Of a stretch of 64,000 nt of DNA, positions 12,371 to 23,500 are shown in pieces. Source of the stretch: Takakia lepidozioides (taxonomy: Eukaryota > Plantae > Bryophyta); contig CM060733.1 of assembly GCA_030704615.1 (NCBI GenBank), positions 55,366,001 through 55,430,000 on the forward strand, read 5' to 3'. The notes under the pieces were generated by a model. It searched no databases, was not told the origin of the DNA, and saw only the letters and a program-made list of their open reading frames with translations. Each line of letters starts with the position of its first letter. Position 1 is the first letter of the stretch. A program made the translations under genes and the position numbers.

Positions 12371-13864
12371 CTATGTTGCAACCTCTTGAGCAGTACTCCC
12401 TGCCTGCTCAGTCAATGACAAGGCCTCATCCTGCCCCATCATCTCATCCTTGAGGACCTCCTCAACCCGAGAAGAATCCCCAACCTCATCCATCACAGCC
12501 GCCTTGGCTGCCAACTCCCTCTGAACCTCGAGCACCTCCCACGTGTGCCATGGATGCATGCACCCCGTGGTCCTCACATGCTCGCCCCCACTCACTGCCT
12601 GTACCGTCTCGGTAGGCAGAGAGACCATCAAGGGAAGTGTACTCCGCACTCTGCGTTGCTCAGCTAGAGCCAAGCTGATAATCCAGGTCAAGCAATTGAG
12701 ATCCATTGCTTGCCCCAACACTTGACGACGTGATGCCTCAGAAAGAGACGACACCGCCGTGGTACCAGTGGTAAAACCCATTGCCCGCTCACGCTCGTCA
12801 GCATTAGGCTCCACTAATTGCTGCAACTGAGCATCCCACAGGAGGCCAGGTCCACTATCCTGGAAAACATGCGATCCTGGGAAGCTGAGCAGTGTAGGTA
12901 ATGCTGCTCGTGGTTGACCCACCTTGTTGACCACTGCCAAAGGCGAACGGTCATCGTGTCTCACACGCTGAGACTGCCTCCCTGTGTCCAGAATGCTATC
13001 CACTGTGAGATGTGCTGGCCGCTGCACCCCATCAAATGCACGCTTGAGCAGTGCGGGTGGCATCAAGTTAGTCCACCATAGCCGTGGACGATGAGCCCGT
13101 GACCCCACTGTAGCTGCATCTAGCAACACTGCTGACCCAAGCCACGACCGGACTTGATGCACACTGGCCATCACCCTGGCCCGAGAATCGCCCATCAGTG
13201 GCACATTCTCCAAGATGTATGCTGGAGATACAGCTTGATGAAGCTGCAAGTGGCGCAAAACCCGCACCATCTCCCAAAACAGACCCGACCTCGAGTCTCG
13301 CAATCCATTGCCATGCCCGGCTGATGAATGCCCTTGGCAGGGCCAACCTGCCACTACCAGATCAATGGAGCCAACCCGCTCCAAATCCTGCGCCCCCAGC
13401 AACGAAATGTCTGCTGGCAAGGCCTGCTGATATCCACGAATTGCAGACACTGACAACAACTCAGGGTACCGCTGCACCAATTGAGCAACATGGCGAAGTG
13501 AAACGCGTCGTGCAGTCTCATCCCTCTCCACATACAGGTAACGCCGAACTCGTACACCTGCCTGTAACACAGCAGCCAATCCGGTGCTGATCCCGCCAAA
13601 CAAGTCCAGAAGACAAATGCCTTCATCCGGATACTGCCACACAATAGGTGTGGTGTCCAATGGAGACAACTGAGGTGGTCCTGGTGCAATCCCCGCACTC
13701 TCCTCCTCTCCTGACGGTACAAAAGCCTCCACCCAGGCTTGTTGCACCCGTCGATCAGCATCCCGCTGCAAATCCTTGCTCGTGCCCCACAATGGAGTCT
13801 GAGCAACCATGGTAGGCAACTCCGCCATACCATACATGTCATCCTGCTCTCCCGGAGGTGGCAC
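12371..13864 (-). CDS. C5 cytosine DNA methyltransferase domain in pol (copy 2; catalytic motifs intact)
   Basis: 497-aa open frame with LDLFGG, GWPCQG, YILENV, RPRLWWTN, ERERAMGF and RQVLGQAM. Confidence 0.93.
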   Translation of the reverse strand: MPPPGEQDDMYGMAELPTMVAQTPLWGTSKDLQRDADRRVQQAWVEAFVPSGEEESAGIAPGPPQLSPLDTTPIVWQYPDEGICLLDLFGGISTGLAAVLQAGVRVRRYLYVERDETARRVSLRHVAQLVQRYPELLSVSAIRGYQQALPADISLLGAQDLERVGSIDLVVAGWPCQGHSSAGHGNGLRDSRSGLFWEMVRVLRHLQLHQAVSPAYILENVPLMGDSRARVMASVHQVRSWLGSAVLLDAATVGSRAHRPRLWWTNLMPPALLKRAFDGVQRPAHLTVDSILDTGRQSQRVRHDDRSPLAVVNKVGQPRAALPTLLSFPGSHVFQDSGPGLLWDAQLQQLVEPNADERERAMGFTTGTTAVSSLSEASRRQVLGQAMDLNCLTWIISLALAEQRRVRSTLPLMVSLPTETVQAVSGGEHVRTTGCMHPWHTWEVLEVQRELAAKAAVMDEVGDSSRVEEVLKDEMMGQDEALSLTEQAGSTAQEVAT

Positions 13865-13869
13865 ATCCT

Positions 13870-16523
13870 CTGAATGAGCTTGCCCTCAAGCAACTCTCTA
13901 GGCCACTCACTGCCGCTGTGAATGCTGCTAGTGTCGGCATCTTGCCTCGCTGGGCAACCGCAACTCTCCTATGAACGTCACAGGGAGCTGCACACGCCGG
14001 CCCTCCCCTGACTGCCATGCAGCCTATAGGAAGCTGACTCCTCCCAAAAATCCCAGGGTGAAGCCCATGGGGTACAACACTGCCCCACCAACCAGGACAT
14101 CGTATGAGACTGCGTCTGTCACAATGGCCTTGGCTCGCATCACTGAGCCATCTGTACGGTGATCCGGCCGTAGTCTGATAGCCAACTCACGCCGTGTCAT
14201 GCCCCGAGCCTGCTCCGATCCTCCCAGAGACGTCTGTATCTGGAAAGGACAAGGCTCTATATCCGCCTCCGTGAGGCCCAAGCCTGCAATAGCAGCTCTG
14301 CCCAGCATCAATGGCTGAGCTCCCGAGTCCAACAAGACCCGCAGTGGCCGGTACCTCTTGCCTGCCGGTCCACTCAAACAGAAAATGCCATCCTGGTTGT
14401 CTAACATGACAACTCCAGGTGTCACCATGGCGCAGCTCCATCAACCTGGCAGCTGCAGCTTGCCATGGCGCCGCCGTGGCAGTCTTGACCCTCAAATCCG
14501 AGGATCCCTCCGCACTACACCTCCCACTATCTCCGCAGAAGATGAATAACCTCCCCACTCTCACAGAGTGTAGTTGCCAGCCTAACACCTCAGCTGGTTT
14601 TACCCCCGGCGTCGCAATCATGGTAGCCGAGAACAATGGAGCCTGGCACACAGATGTGGCCGCTCCTAGCAGCACACTAGCTGCCGTAGCCTTGGCAACA
14701 CTAGGTAGTGGTGCTACCCGTGTAGCTCTCCCCAATGGCATAGTAACCTCCGCCTCGGTAACCGTCGGGCGAGAACTAGGTGCCATGGATGGCGTCGACA
14801 CTGTCTCTGCCAATGTGAATGACTGAGGAAGCCTAGCCTGACGGCTTGCCTCCCACGCTGTGGATCCAACTCCACCTCTGCACCTCGTGGCTCAGGAACT
14901 CGTGCTGCTCCTCGAGTCACGGCTGCAGCAGACTCCACCTGCACTAGTGGTAGTGCTGCTCCACACATGAATCCCATGCCTCCCATATCTCCTCCCTCAG
15001 GAGCAGGAGGTGGACCATCCGGCCTTAGAGCCGGTACCACCTGAGCTGTAGCCATGGCAGCGAGCCTCTGCTCTAGCTGCTGAAGCCGGTTGGCCCCTTG
15101 GTCAACACCCTGACCTCCGCGTCCTTGGCCACGTTGAGCTTGCCCTTGGCCTGCACCTCGTGGCTGGCCACCTCGTCCTCTCTGGCTGCTCCACCTCGCC
15201 CCCGGCCACCATTGTTCCCTTGGAACTGGCCTGGGCGCAACTCAGGATGCAAACCATAACACTGGGCCTCTCCATGCCCGTGCTTGCCACAATGCCCACA
15301 CTGCAACTGTGCAGGCTGTGCATGTGCCGACCCTTTGCCTCCCTCTGGGCAATCCTTCTTGACATGGGGTCCTCCACATGTCCAGCACACCACATCTGCC
15401 CGTTGTTGCCAGCAAATGAAGGGAGAGACCCCTGCATCTGAGGTCCTCTCTGCCCTTCCCTGAGCTTCACCTGAGCCCCCTTGTTGCCTTGAGCACGTTG
15501 AGGTAGTGGTTGGCTAGGAGCACCACTACCCCGTGGTGTCTCCTTAGCAAATCCCACCATGACCACTCGTTCCTCCACCATGTTGAGCTCTATCCGCTCT
15601 GCCAGCAAAAACACATTTGCTAAGGTGGGTTGGGCTGCTTGTAGGAGAGTTGCATCCCGCACCCTTCTCCTCAGCTCCTTGTCCAATATCCCATACCAGA
15701 ATTGGACTGCCTGAGCTTCCGTAACCCTTGGGTTACATTTATCAAGCGCCTCATGCGAGTGAAAGCCTCCCTCAAGCTCTCGGTCGGCTTCCGTTGGAAC
15801 TCTTGCAGCTCCGCAACTTCTCTGTCTCACCCTTGTAGTTCCCTCTCAACTCTTCGAAGAACTCCACAACAGGGTTGAGGCAGTGCACGGGTGCTAGTGC
15901 TGGTGCGGTAGTGGCTTGGGTGGACGTCGTAGCTACTGTACCACCAGTTCCACTAGTCCCACTGCTACTTGCTGAAGCTGCCGGTGCAGCGGCAGGTGTA
16001 GCCACTGCCCTCGTGGCTCTAGTGCCCCTAGTGATGGAGACATAGTCGGGTGACCAGTACATCCTCCACTCCTCGATCTCAACCTCATGCCCCCGCCTGA
16101 ACTCATGGTAATCATCCATAGGCGGCCCCTCAAGGTGCTGAAACAGCCCCTTCCATGCCATGAAAGGCGTAAAATAGTTGTGGATTGCGCATTTGCTGCA
16201 AATCACACCAACTATCAAACTCTTGGATAAAATCATCCAACTCGATGGTGCCCACCGCCCCAGAGTACCTTCGTGGCCCTTGGTAGCTCCATACATCTCC
16301 TCCATTGTGTCCCACAACAATGGCAAGAAACAACTTGCACCGCCGTATGAGTCCTCCTGATTCACAATCCGAATCAGAACCTTCCGTAGAAGACACAGGA
16401 GGTGAAGGTGGCCTAAACCACACACCTCGTCTCATGTACCCACTAGTATCGCTAGTGCTCGAACCGGCACTGTCCTTAGCAACTAGTGGCACCTCCGTGT
16501 TGACACTCAACCGGTCATGAACA
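13870..16523 (-). pseudogene. gag (two CCHC knuckles) + protease (copy 2)
   Basis: CWTCGGPHVKKDC, CGHCGKHGHGEAQC, ELDDFIQEFDSW and VLLDSGAQP; many indels. Confidence 0.82.
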
Positions 16524-17794
16524 TGTCCCTAACCCCCCTCCACAAGGTAACCGGGTAGAGAACTGTTGCGGCTTATGGTTTGGAATACTAAGTTCCTAAC
16601 ATAGCCTACACCTGTACCTGCATCCACCGCAAGCACTCCTATGGTTGGCTGGTCATTACCTCCAACCTCACCACAGAGAGACAATGATGGTCTGGCTGGT
16701 CATCACCCCAATCTCACCATCGACAACATGCTCTAGGACTGGCCGGTGATCAAATCCGGACCAATCACCTATAAAAACAAGCGCCTACACAAAACTAGCA
16801 TGGCGCACAGTCAAGCATGCATGTATGGAGGGGATCCAAAACACAAGAAATCAGGAGCGACAACTCCCCCACACCAAAAACAACTCACCGGTGTTTGCTC
16901 CTGCAATGACATACCCCAGCCAAACCCGGACTGACTCTTGCCTCCACCTACGGAAAGGTCTTGGCCTAATGAGAGGGTGGAAGAGAAGCTAAAGCAATGC
17001 CTAACCCCAACATTGCCCTCATCCCAACACTCTTCCTCTCCTCTCTTCCCTCACTTGCATGACCATGGGAATATCATGAAGATACTCCTCAAACCGCCCT
17101 CCACGAGCTTCAAATTTGGCCTTCAAGACCATGCCAGTCCTTAGGCAGTCCACCAGTGCCTCCACGAGTCAGCACAGGCCGTCCACAGGTCAACACGGGC
17201 CCACAGACCAGCACAGGCCCACACAGCTCACTGGTCACATCCGTCACAGTCCCACTGGCCACTGGGCACAGCCTGTCACAGCCCCTCATAGCCCGTCACA
17301 GCTCGCCACAGCCCTGTCACATCCCGTCACACGCCCGTCCTCATGCTGCTATTCATGAGCCATGAGCCATGAGCGGCATGAGCCATGAGCAGAGTCGTAA
17401 GTGTGGAAAAAAACATGAGCAGCACTATTTTCCATGAGTGTCCGCGGGAATAGGGTTTAGGGTGCCACGGTCATAGGGGGAGAAGGACCTCCCGATGAAG
17501 GAGGTTCGGCAATGTTATTTAGAATTATATATTGAAAGGCAATGTTTCGCGAATGGTAGGGTGGTACTGCTCTGTACAATGGGGGCCCATTTCAGCCTAC
17601 CAGCCATTTGCAAAATCACCCACACTCCCAATCCAAACGAAATGAGCAATGACGCATTCTCGGAACGATGGACACAGAATAGAATAAAAAGAGGGCACAA
17701 TGAGGTTTTTATTGATCCACATGAATTGCATTTGAAGCACGTCTACTGTGCTGATTGTGCCATCAAATTGAGCCCTGTGCCTACTGAATACAAG

Positions 17795-18564
17795 TCACGT
17801 TGTCAATGGGACTTCGACTGCTCTCAGAACTAGCTCATGAGTCATGGGGCTCCTCCATGTAAAGTCGATTGCAGCCGTTGTACCGCCCCTAGTGATGTTC
17901 ACCACAATGTCCTGCCCTTCAATCATACCACCATCGAATATGGAAATCTTCACGTTTTCGTCGTCCACACCAATGCGAATGTCCCCATACAATGGAGAAG
18001 AGGAGCGCACTCCTCGAGGAGAATAGGTCTCTCCGATGGAGTCCACCCACGTCCAGTGGCAGCAGTTCCACCGCAACAGCATAGCAGTGCGCCTTCTTCT
18101 GCATGGGTGACCGTCGTAGCTGGGAAAATCGGAATCGAGGATGCGCAGGAGCCACGGACTCCTCAGACCAAGATCGTCACCCCGCTCGAAGGCGTAGTGG
18201 CTACGATATACTCAAAAGCCACCAATGTTTCCACAATCGAACCAGTATCTTCTGTGTAATCTGTGTACCAGATAACAATGTCTCCCGATGTGGCCGAATA
18301 CATTGCATAATCGATGCCTCCAAAGGGGCAGTCGTCCCGGTTCCGGAAGCACGGCATCCTTGCAAAGGAGGACCTGAGGACGACTTGGATGCCGATGACC
18401 TTGCGGACAGCTACGAAGCCCTTAGATTTTGGAAATGATACGAAGCGGAAGAGCAGTCCGGCCTCCAATAATGGAGCATCTGGGTCACACGTACCCACCG
18501 ACGGAGGTGGAACGTGTTCATCACGCCAGCGGTGGATGAACCCATACATCTTTCTCATCAACAA
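17795..18564 (-). pseudogene. Unknown cargo ORF, paralog 1
   Basis: RWNCCHWT..D..GETY...PLYGDIR...SIFDGGMIEGQDIVV is shared with 19092-19424. Confidence 0.55.
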
Positions 18565-18789
18565 GTTATAGTTTGAGATCTGCCACGAAGTCCATCCCCC
18601 GGATGGAAATTCGGCGCCGCATTTACATCGAAGAGGGGATGGACTTCGTCGTGTCCAGTGGCTATCGGCCCACCTGGCAGTGACTGCCCATAGTTTGCAT
18701 GGCAGGGTAGGAAACTGAAACGGCTACATTCATGCAGCAGCCAATCTTCATCGGTCCAGGATCCTGTAGGGGGGAAATTTAAATGTGCC

Positions 18790-19424
18790 GTGTTTGTGAG
18801 GAATTGCAGCGTTAGCTTGAACTTTTTCCAGCCACCGACATCCGGGAGCTGCTGTCTGAGCGTACTCCGCTACTCTTTTTTCGTGCCGCCGAAATCCAGC
18901 CGACTGCCCTTATCATGGCCACGATTATGCTATGTTCAAACCAGAATCAGACATCATTGTCTGGCTCTCTGTTTTCACAGACGCTGCTGGAATCAAGCAA
19001 GAGTCTTTGCGCGCAATGGAGTATCTGGAGGGCTATTACCGCTTTGAGCGAGGTGAGGGCGAGGGTCAATGCGGTCCGTGGGTCCTGAAAATTGTTGACC
19101 TCGATATACCAAGCAGGGATGCCGGACAGATCACGCACGGCCTCGCTTTGGCGCTGGAACTGCTGCCAGTGGACCAGGGAGGACGGCACCGGGGAAAACT
19201 ATATACGTGCAGATCACTCCGCTCTTCCAGTGTATGGAGACATTCGGCTGAGTTGCGAAGACGAATCGCACGGGCACATGAGGCCCACAGTGACCTTGTC
19301 AATGTATGATGGTGGTATCATTGATGGACATGACATTGTCGTCGGCTCCAGCAAGGGCAGCAGAACGACCGAATTGCAGTTTACCTCGAGGTTCAGTGAT
19401 GAGCTCGAAGTTCCGTCGACGTGA
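18790..19424 (+). pseudogene. Unknown cargo ORF, paralog 2
   Basis: RWNCCQWT..D..GENY...PVYGDIR...SMYDGGIIDGHDIVV. Confidence 0.55.
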
Positions 19425-19665
19425 AGCCCGGGCTTAGTTTTGTCTGCAGTTGGTAAATGTGAGACATCGTGTCCGATCATAAACCCATCGTACCTCACTT
19501 CTGTATGATTGTGTTTCATTGTGTTGAATAACTGTCGGAATTGGCCCACTGTTTACAATTTGATGTCTCATTTCTACAATGTGTCTGTCCGGATGAATAT
19601 AGCAGAGTAACCGGTATGTGAGTCATGTGTCAAGAATATACCAGAGTAACGCCATGTCGGACATT

Positions 19666-20378
19666 GAAATGCGGCACCGCATGTCGGCATCGAAATGCGG
19701 CGCCGCATTTCCATGTCCGAAATTTCCATGTGGGACAAGAAAATGCGGTGCATCATTTCCGTCCAGGTACACGAAATACCAACACGGGTCTATAAATTGT
19801 TTGGCATTGCAAATGCGGCGACGCATTTCCAGCTTGGCAATGGAAACTTCTTTTTGGACAAGGGAATGCGGTGCCGCATTTCCGTCCAACACTTCGAAAA
19901 GTGTGACATTTCCGACCAGCGCGATGGAATGCGTTACCGCATTTCCGAGAGAGGGTCTGCAAATGGACAAATTGCGATGTCCGTTCTGGAAATGCGGCGC
20001 CGCATTTCCATGTCCGTCATCGACTTTTTTTTACAATGGAATGCGGTGCCAATTTTTGCTGATGGGCCTGCAGTTCGAACAACGACCATCCCCATATGGA
20101 AATGCGGCACCGCATTTCAATCCCGCCATCTTCGACCTCCTTGTTCGACCTCTGTAAGCGTGGTGGCATCCATGCAATGAGCGGGAGAGGCCAAAACTGG
20201 CGTGTGGACAAAGGAAATTTTGGAAATGCGGCACCGCATTTCCAATTCAGATTACTTTTTACTATGCCAACATTGAAATGGAAAATTTAGTCCCTCCCCT
20301 GTTTTGGAAATGCGGTGCCGCATTCCAAAAGAGGTTCTTAGAGTTGCCAAAATTTTGGAAATGCGGTGCCCCATTTCT
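19666..20378. repeat. Palindrome cluster 1 (~12 x GGAAATGCGGYRCCGCATTTCC)
   Basis: Read directly; mostly non-repeated spacers; lies downstream of gene B. Confidence 0.9.
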
Positions 20379-20514
20379 GATTTTGGGAGCGTCGTGGTTT
20401 GGGCGATTGTGTGGCTGGAATGCACACTGGAGAGGGGTCACGAATGTCGGGCAGAATTTCCTTTATATACTCTGGAAGAGAATTTACATTTACAGAGACT
20501 TCATTAAAATTCTA

Positions 20515-23500
20515 TTAATCTTGAAAATCATCCGAATCCTCATCCTGTTCTAGACTGTCCTGCTCCTCCTCCACCCCCTCAGTGCCTCTCTCATCTCCAG
20601 CGGACTGCTCGTTGGCCAGGCTTTCGAAAATCCCATCTTCCCCTTGCGGAACTGTCCATCTCACCTCCGTTGGGTCGTCTTCCTCCCTGTCTGCGTCGCT
20701 CTCATCCGCTGAATCACATATGTACTTTCGTACCCGTCTACCTGTCTGAGCTGCTGCCAACTCTTTCCTTATCCTTCTGTCCTCCCTAGCCCTCTCCAAA
20801 ATCTGCTCTACTTTACTGGGATTCTCACTTCTTCTAATCGCTGTATTTGCGAGTTTAGCTGCATAACTAGGAAGGGAGTAGTCCCTCACCGGGCTCGTCA
20901 TGAAGTCGGCCCTCGCAAAGAACGGGACATTCTTCCTGGCAGGAAGTGTAGGCCCTACATGTTTCGACCCGGACCCTGCAATCCTGCACATGACAATCAT
21001 CAACGAGACTAATGAGAACCACAGTCGGGAAATTCGTTTGACATAAATGACCCAGAAGGCTTTGCAAACTTACAATGTTTGCACTCACTCGTATCCGGGT
21101 TCTCCTCCGCATCAATGTCCACTGTGTCTTCCTCGGACTCCGACGAATCCGAGGAGACTTCCGCTCTGTCGGGAGCCTTCACATTCCGTTGCAGCCCTCC
21201 AGATGGGATCCCCACACGGATGAATCTCCTCGTAGGCAAAGAGGTGCCGGTCGGAAAACCGCCCAGCCCACATTGAGGCACCTGTTACAATGCCATCCAC
21301 ACATTACCACATGGCGCTTCAGATGTTGCGAACTACATCCTAACGAGAATTTGCAGAACAGCAGAGATCAAGATTCTGCATACCTGTCCCACAGATGAGG
21401 TCGAGCACTGTGCCCTCCACGTCTGTGCATGTCTCCATAATTGTCTGAATGAAGGCAGGGCTCCGAGTCCGTGAGTACCGCAGGGGTTCCGTTGAGTGAG
21501 GCTATGAGGGAGAGTTCCTTGGGAACGTTGTTGAACAGAACGTCGTAATCGAGTGGGTCGCAGTTCGGGTCAACCTTTCCTCCCTCCTTCCGGAAAGCAA
21601 AGGTGGAGTTCTCCTTCACAAAGCAGTATGCATCGAACTGCTTCGTCTGCATACACAGGGGGAAAACGATTAGAAACCGAATGCGGCACCGCATTTGAAA
21701 AACACCCAAGCAAATGAATGGACGAGTGCCAGTGTCGTAATCACCTTCTTCCCTTCCGACCGAAGGCCCAGTGTGTTGATGCACGTCCACTTCTTTTTCA
21801 GAATCGGGACGGCGCTCTTGCGGGTCCACTTCGCAATTCCTGTCTGAGTGTTTTTTCCTCTGCTCGCCAGGACAACCACACAGCCTCTGTCGTCCAACAC
21901 CATGCGGGCAAGCCCGAATCCTTTCTTCCAAAAGTCCTCCGAGTACCTGTTCCAAGATGGCAAAGCTTGCAGTCCTTCCACAGGCTCTCCGTCCGGAATA
22001 TCCAAGATGATCATATCGCAAGACCACTCGGTGGCATTTCCGCCCCTCCTACAATCCTTGTCTGCACACACCCTCTCAAAGAACGAGACCATATTCTGAA
22101 ATCCTGGGGTGTCGGAAGGCTCTTCGGCAGTCGCCTTCTTCAGTGCTCTGCCCTTCAGACCCTCCATGGTCTTCATGTATGCCAACTTGGCTGCCCGTCC
22201 ATCCAAAGCCGCCACTCTCATTTACACACTGGACTACTGTTTCGGGAGCCTTTCGGCCTCTTCATTTCCACCGGCTCGAAAGGGTGCCCCCCTGGGGGGT
22301 TGAAGAGTGCCTTCTTTGCCGAGCCAGTTCTCGTGCCTCTCGTGACAACGGTGGGCACAGGGGAGGCAGCCTGCGTTTGGGGGGGTGGGCTGGTTGCAAA
22401 GTCTCCATCGGAGTCCTCTTCCTCACCCTCTTCCTGAACAGGCTGTTTCTGCTTCTTCGTTTTGGCGGGTGTCACAACAGCTGCTCCTTGCTGGCGAGTC
22501 CTCTTCTTCGACCCCTTCTGTTGGGCCTGCACAGCTGCATCCACCGTCTTTTGTGCCATCTCAGCTGCCTTTCTGGATTCTTCCAGAGCAGCAGATTCCT
22601 TTGCCGACTTGGGCCCAGCAGGGACACGTCTTTCCTTTCTCTTCTCTTCTGCCAAGGCGTGCAGATCTTTCTCAGACTCGTCAACAATACCGCCAGACAT
22701 GTCCAGGTACCACGGGCATCCAACGAGATGCGCGGGATGCCATTGTTTCTGCATCTCGGGTGTGTAGACACAGCTTGGGCCCGCCACGGTCCAAGCCATG
22801 AAGAACGGGGGCTCTTGAGCCAGGGCCCCTGTCTGAAGGAGCACGTATTTCATATACCTGCAAGGCAGTCAGCATGCGTGAGCAAAAGTTGAGACCAACC
22901 TACTGGCAGAGTGCCACCGAAAACATAAAATGCGAATGCGGTGCCGCATTTCCGAGACAAACCTCGTAACCAGGCTTCGCATACAAGGGCAGCTGTGCTT
23001 CACCTGTAAACAATTCGCATTGCAGCTTTCCCCGCTCCCTCCTGATGTGTAAACTCCACGCTCCTTCTTGCTGTCTGTAGCTCTCTGGCGAAAAGGTTGT
23101 CCTTGTACGCACATCTGAAACGTGTCACGTAGTCTTCCAATGTCTGTGTTCCATCCCATTTGACGTACAAGCCGAACGAATTTGTGTGCATTACGACTTG
23201 CTCCTTCGCATTCGACATTACCTGCGATTCCCAAATGCATTGTCACGTAGCAGTTCAGGGAATTCATGTCAGAAAAGCAAATCTGGGGAAGTACCTTGAA
23301 TTACCTGGAACCACCAAGTCATACGGTTGAGCCACATCCACTGCAGGGTCGGAAACTTCAGTGGAAAAGACCACATTGTCCTTATGCTCTCGGATGCATT
23401 CCAGATCGACAGCCACCGTGTCTGCCATTTCCGATCCAATGTCAGGAGCTGGAAGAGAGTGGCTATTGCTAGGAAGGAACTTCAGTGCATTGAAACCTCA

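Larger units (their letters stand above)
8312..17339 (-). mobile_element. Gypsy-type DNMT/PHD retrotransposon copy 2 (5' end truncated)
   Basis: Same Y-X-GC-Y terminus (8312-9002) with a different flank (gaagtcgc). Full gag-pol; ends within GTCACAGCC repeats. Confidence 0.9.

Noticed and set aside
2118-16523. Programmed ribosomal frameshifts in gag-pol
   Set aside because: Most indels differ between the two copies and often fall in homopolymers, which fits decay or sequencing error. A break between the DNMT and RT frames may be shared, but I could not resolve it by eye.
17451-17462. Telomeric repeat (TAGGGTTTAGGG)
   Set aside because: Fewer than two full units and not conserved as such in the homologous end block.
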